Shown here piece by piece: positions 60,053 through 64,000 of a stretch of 64,000 bases of DNA. Origin of the DNA: an uncultured delta proteobacterium (GTDB lineage: Bacteria > Desulfobacterota > Binatia > Binatales > Binataceae). The stretch covers positions 224,001-288,000 of the forward strand of contig CAVRVY010000002.1 in NCBI GenBank assembly GCA_963724765.1, read 5' to 3'. The position numbers and the translations under genes are program-made. The notes beneath the pieces were generated by a model, which saw only the letters and a program-made list of their open reading frames with translations, searched no databases and was not told the DNA's origin. Every line of letters begins with the position of its first letter. The first letter of the stretch is position 1.

Positions 60053-60667
60053 TCATTGCATCCTTCCCGCGATGCCAAGCCTCGGCCAAACATTGCCATT
60101 AAGAGCAACCAAGGTGGGAACGTGAAAAAATAGAGTTAGTACGTGCACGACCAATCCACCAGCTAGAAATGCTGCTGCGAAGAGCAGCAAACGTTGACTG
60201 GATAGCAGGAGCCTGCCCTTCTGCTCGGCTAAAGCATTTTGCGATTTGCGCACTCCGTGCCAACAGCGAATATGGAAGCGCTTCAATTCGTCTCCATTGA
60301 CTAGCGCGCTTTTCTCAAACCAATCTGCATCACTCGGACATTCCCATGCGTAACGCGCGCGCAACGCCCGATACGCCTGGATCGCTGCAAATAAGGCGCA
60401 GAGAGCGCCCAGCACGATAAATCCTAGGCTTAACGTAACACTATGGGGAGGATCAAGAAGAAAAGCTAAGACCGCAGTGGACCAGCCAAGAACCATCGCC
60501 GCTTTGGAATCAATTTGGCTACTGCGCTGCTGAACTTCTGCCATTAACATTTGTCCGAACGATGCCAATTCGTCAGTCACTCCCTCCTCTTCATATGAAT
60601 AGACAAGTTCTTGTACTTCCTCACTAGAGAGGTCGTTCTGCTGAACAGTAAATCTAGCCATCATCAA
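60053..60667 (-). CDS. 3-TM protein resembling the Pycsar effector (PycTM) fold
   Basis: QIDSKA+TM+TM..WF....L.RF...KG..L..S+TM. Confidence 0.6.
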   Translation of the reverse strand: MMMARFTVQQNDLSSEEVQELVYSYEEEGVTDELASFGQMLMAEVQQRSSQIDSKAAMVLGWSTAVLAFLLDPPHSVTLSLGFIVLGALCALFAAIQAYRALRARYAWECPSDADWFEKSALVNGDELKRFHIRCWHGVRKSQNALAEQKGRLLLSSQRLLLFAAAFLAGGLVVHVLTLFFHVPTLVALNGNVWPRLGIAGRMQ

Positions 60668-60673
60668 GCTCCC

Positions 60674-61567
60674 TTAAAATGCCTCAACTTCGCCGCTTAA
60701 CGCTTTCAAAACTAAAGGTAGCGAAGGTGTCGTTTCTTTTAGCTCGCAGGCCATGGCTGTTATCGCACTTTTACAAACGTCGAAGAGAACTAGGGCCTTG
60801 TCTTCGTCCAAATTGTCTTCAGGGTGAATAATAGGATTCCTGTGCATCTCTCTAATCTGGTCAATGAGGGCAATAGTCTTGACGTCTGGCCTCAGAGTCT
60901 TGTTTGGATCGTTGGCACATTTGGTCAAAATCTTTGTATAAGCTCCCCAATTGCGCATCTTCGGTTTTGGTTTAGTGCCGACAAAGCGCTCATAGTAGAT
61001 ACGCAAGACAGCATCTGTCGCGCGAAGAATGTGAAAGCCAGTGGCGGTGAACAGATCGAATGCGAGGCATTTGCCAGCTTGTCGAAAATCATTGACAGCT
61101 TGACCTGAAATTTCAGCGCGCAGACTAGCTGACAAAGCATTTTCGGCACGTTCAATCAGATCGGCTGTGGAGTATATACCTTTTTTTGAAACCGTATATG
61201 TATCCGCCGTACTTAACTCAGCGGACAATACGGTCTGAAATTCACTAATGGCATCGCGCACATAATACGATGCCATGACGTCTAGTGTCGGCGGGTCGGT
61301 TTCGTTCGTACCTTTGTCAATGGCTTGGCGTATAATTTTGGTGGCTTCGGCGTTTTGTTCGTTGACCAACTCCTTGAGCTTAAGCGTAGTTGCACGAACG
61401 ACCTGAAGGGTCAGCGCCTCTACCTTGAGAAGAGCGCTCAACCAACGAGACGCATTGAAATAATCATAAGTCAAATCCTGAAGCGGGGTGCCGCTCTCAG
61501 ACTTTAGCCCCAGCGCACGAATAATCGCCCCACCCTCGTAGAAGAAAAATGAATTTAGACGCTCCAA
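60674..61567 (-). CDS. HEPN-like (DUF4145-type) protein; start inferred at TTG 61567
   Basis: AGKCLAFD..TA.GFHILRATDAVLR and RNPIIH (RxxxxH). Confidence 0.65.
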   Translation of the reverse strand: MERLNSFFFYEGGAIIRALGLKSESGTPLQDLTYDYFNASRWLSALLKVEALTLQVVRATTLKLKELVNEQNAEATKIIRQAIDKGTNETDPPTLDVMASYYVRDAISEFQTVLSAELSTADTYTVSKKGIYSTADLIERAENALSASLRAEISGQAVNDFRQAGKCLAFDLFTATGFHILRATDAVLRIYYERFVGTKPKPKMRNWGAYTKILTKCANDPNKTLRPDVKTIALIDQIREMHRNPIIHPEDNLDEDKALVLFDVCKSAITAMACELKETTPSLPLVLKALSGEVEAF

Positions 61568-61784
61568 TTTACTTTCCCCCAAAGGCACTATGGCCCATTG
61601 GGCAGCATACGGTTCGGTTGTCCCTTCGTCAAGTGAATCATCTCGAGATTTTTCACCCATAGCCTTGCACAAGGCGGCGCTTCGCACGCTCTGCGTCGTG
61701 GCAGCCGAAGCGAAACAGCTACCCGCGCAAATCCGACCGGCGATTGCGATCAGCGATTGAAGGACCGCGCGCTGCTGCGATTCG

Positions 61785-62126
61785 TCAAACCGAGCGCGGG
61801 TCCGCGCAAATCTCGCGGCGTGCGTCGGCCAGCACCTGGAATACGCGCCGGCGCGTGCAGCTCAGCGTGCGCGCGATCTCCTCGACGCTGCGGCCCGCGG
61901 CGCGCAGCGCCAGAATCTGCGTGCGGCGCGGCGGCGGCTTGGGCAACTCCACTCGCTCGCCGCCAAACATCTCGGCCAGCTTCATTGCCGCTCCCGTGCC
62001 GACCGCGCGCGCCAGGGCGTCGTTGGCGCTCGGGCTATGCGGGACATACAGGCGGGTACCTCCGAAGCTGGCGATCAGCTTGGCGGCCGCTTCTTCGCCT
62101 ATGATCTCGACGATGAACCCCAGCAT
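61785..62126 (-). CDS. Mor/C-family late transcription activator
   Basis: IGEEAAAKL...FGGTRLYVP, a second GGERVELP and C-terminal HTH (RSVEEIARTL..TRRRV.QVL); GGAGG RBS. Confidence 0.85.
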   Translation of the reverse strand: MLGFIVEIIGEEAAAKLIASFGGTRLYVPHSPSANDALARAVGTGAAMKLAEMFGGERVELPKPPPRRTQILALRAAGRSVEEIARTLSCTRRRVFQVLADARREICADPRSV

Positions 62127-62416
62127 GGATATCTACCTCCCCCGGGTTTCGCTTCGCCTGCGGCTCCGCGCCATCCTCTTCCGCCACCTTTGGCAGTGCG
62201 AAATGGTCCTCTTTGATGGGCTGTGCTTCGACCGTCCGCTCGCGCCGCCCAGCGACGGCCGCGAAAGGTTCGGATTGAAGCGGAAATGTTCCAGATTGTG
62301 ACAGCGGCGTTACAGTCGGAGCGCGCGGATGAGATGCCGCCGCATTGCGACGAGCGTCGACAAATTGGCGCGCGACGCCATCGAATTGTCGCTCCGATCG
62401 GCATACGCATAAGGTC

Positions 62417-62776
62417 TCAGGCGGCTTGCGCGGGTTTGTGTGCCGCCGCGGTTAGCTCGTGCGCGATACGGTCGAGCAGCCCGGCGAAGTCGGCGTCGGC
62501 CAGCCGGCGGCGCGCGACCACGTTGCAGGCGTGGATGACGCTGGTGTGATCGCGCGCGAAAGCCATGCCGATACGAGGAAATGAGGCCGCCTGGCGCCGC
62601 CGTCCCATCCATCCGCCGCCTGCCAGCTCGCGGCTGAGATACATCGCCACCTGGCGCGCACCGGCGACGCGATGGCGGCGCTTACGCGAGAGCATCTCGC
62701 TGATATTGAGGCAAAACGCACGCGCCACGGCGTGCTGGACATCGGCGATCGATATGCAACCGGGACGGTCTTCCAT
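62417..62776 (-). CDS. Stand-alone DnaA C-terminal (domain IV) DNA-binding protein
   Basis: I.DVQ.AVA..F......MLSRKR...VA.ARQVAMYLSREL...SFPRIG..F.RDHTSVIHA; GGAGGA RBS. Confidence 0.85.
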   Translation of the reverse strand: MEDRPGCISIADVQHAVARAFCLNISEMLSRKRRHRVAGARQVAMYLSRELAGGGWMGRRRQAASFPRIGMAFARDHTSVIHACNVVARRRLADADFAGLLDRIAHELTAAAHKPAQAA

Positions 62777-62819
62777 TGCAACGGTCCTCCTGTCATTGGC
62801 GCGCCTGGCGCATGGCGCG

Positions 62820-62964
62820 AACACTTGTTGGATAATGCGAGGCACGCTAATTGCGTATTCCGGGTGATCGAGTCGTGAATTGGGAATCCATGGCCGGCGC
62901 TGCGCGCCGTGCGCGCGCGTAGTATCGGACAGACCGCGCTGGCGGTGAGGATTTAACACTTGTT
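62820..62964. promoter_or_regulatory. Two AACACTTGTT dyads, candidate repressor operators
   Basis: Identical 10-mers at 62820-62829 and 62955-62964 in the divergent promoter region. Confidence 0.45.
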
Positions 62965-63078
62965 TGAAGATCGAGACCGAAAAGCTTTGTGCGGGCGACG
63001 AAAATAGCCCATAAAAATGGTTCAACGAGCGAATCCAGCAAACATAGCCACGGGCATTTATCCCACAGTGGGAGGAAG

Positions 63079-63735
63079 ATGTCAACTACAGTAGGAGAAG
63101 AGGAGTTCCGCCGGCGTCTGCGCCTGATCATGCAACAGTTTGGATCGGTCGCGGATCTCGCGCGGGCTGTCGGAGTATCGGACAACGCCATCTACAAATG
63201 GGTTTCCGGCCGCGGGCAGCCAAGTATGATCAGTCTCGTTAATCTGGCGCGTGCCGCGCGGGTCTCGATCGAGTGGCTGGCGACCGGACAAGACGCCCCC
63301 AAGGGCGAAGTGCGGGGAGCGGAATCCGGCGAGTACGTATATCTGCCGCGCAACTCGGTGCGCAGCTCAGTTGGCCGGGGTACTGTGCAGAGCCACCAGA
63401 TTGTCGACTACCTGGCGCTCAAGGCTGAATGGCTGCGGCGCCGTATCAATATCGATCCGAAGAGCCTGATGCTGATCGAGGCGGTGAGCGACTCGATGAC
63501 GCCCACGATCGAAGAGGGCGATCTGGCGCTGGTTGACTTGCGGGATCCGCGTTTTCGTCATGACGGAGTTTACGTACTGCGGACGGGCGGAGATCTGTCG
63601 ATCAAGCGTATCCAGCGCCGCCCCGACGGCAAGCTGATCATCCGCAACGACAACGCCGCCTATGAGCCGACGGTCGTGACCGCCGACAGCGTCAATGTCG
63701 TGGGTCATGTAATATGGATCGCTGGACGGCTGTGA
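63079..63735 (+). CDS. CI-like repressor (HTH + S24 peptidase)
   Basis: SVADLARAVGVS..AIYKW..G...P, VSIEWLATG, DSMTPTI.EGD and IKRIQ; GGAGG RBS. Confidence 0.92.
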   Translation: MSTTVGEEEFRRRLRLIMQQFGSVADLARAVGVSDNAIYKWVSGRGQPSMISLVNLARAARVSIEWLATGQDAPKGEVRGAESGEYVYLPRNSVRSSVGRGTVQSHQIVDYLALKAEWLRRRINIDPKSLMLIEAVSDSMTPTIEEGDLALVDLRDPRFRHDGVYVLRTGGDLSIKRIQRRPDGKLIIRNDNAAYEPTVVTADSVNVVGHVIWIAGRL

Positions 63736-64000
63736 AAGCACGCTGTGCGGGGAGGGTGGCGGCGATCGTCTGACGCGGCGCACGCTGACGGCGGAGGCGG
63801 AGGCCGTCCCGCGCGAGTTTCGCGAATGGCCCACGCGAATGGCCCAATTGATTAGTTCGTAGAAAAATCCTACAAAACGTAATGGCTGGCGTTGCTAAAG
63901 ACGCTTCCACGGCCTCTTCGGCGTATCCTCCGGTCGGTTTCTTCTGAACGGTCCTTTTTCAGAGTCGCTCCGCCTGCGGTGCAATTTCTCGCCTGAGGAA

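Larger units (their letters stand above)
58792..61645 (+). mobile_element. IS1595-family element 4 with cargo
   Basis: 24-bp TIRs G(G/A)GATGATTCACTTGACGAAGGGA (23/24 identical); flanks AAATATTT / AGATTTTT. Confidence 0.9.
47814..63735. mobile_element. Mu-like prophage-derived block 2: packaging, lysis and regulators, interrupted by two IS1595 elements
   Basis: Repressor, Mor, lysis, gp25/26-like, DUF3486, terminase and DUF935 in Mu-like order. Confidence 0.92.

Noticed and set aside
55291-61739. CRISPR array, integron or diversity-generating retroelement
   Set aside because: Only two repeat units, explained by TIR/TSD-bounded IS; no cas, integron integrase or reverse transcriptase in the window.
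63736-64000. Mu left end (TG... with MuA-binding repeats) or att sites
   Set aside because: No repeated end motifs matching the 6.5-8.4 kb side were seen; sequence beyond the window is unknown.

Overview
High-GC bacterial chromosome segment; I cannot assign the host taxon from sequence alone. The host genes at the left are an acyl-CoA dehydrogenase fragment, a frameshifted DUF1646 gene, glnA, an MscS channel and a GT-C-like membrane protein. A near-complete Mu-like virion gene set lies on the minus strand in two blocks. Block 1 (8467-26602) holds protease/scaffold, capsid, neck, a P2-type contractile tail, baseplate and fibres. Block 2 (47814-63735) holds portal, terminases, lysis genes, a Mor/C-like activator, a stand-alone DnaA-domain-IV protein and a divergent CI/S24 repressor on the plus strand. 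About 21 kb of mostly housekeeping DNA separates them (gltA, dedA, trpF, ATP-dependent ligase, a DacA-like gene, glgP, two DUF2844-DUF3443 pairs). No MuA/MuB, ner, gam, gin, mom, integrase or gpF/gpG is visible. The split falls at a transcription-unit boundary, and both late operons start with the same palindrome-plus-promoter motif. My main inference is a domesticated, non-replicating Mu-derived particle system (gene-transfer-agent-like candidate). Four cargo-carrying IS1595-family elements are present. Two of them sit at the same base of two tandem copies of the lysis-promoter palindrome and carry PycTM-like and HEPN-like cargo. All family assignments come from motif recognition by eye, not from database searches.
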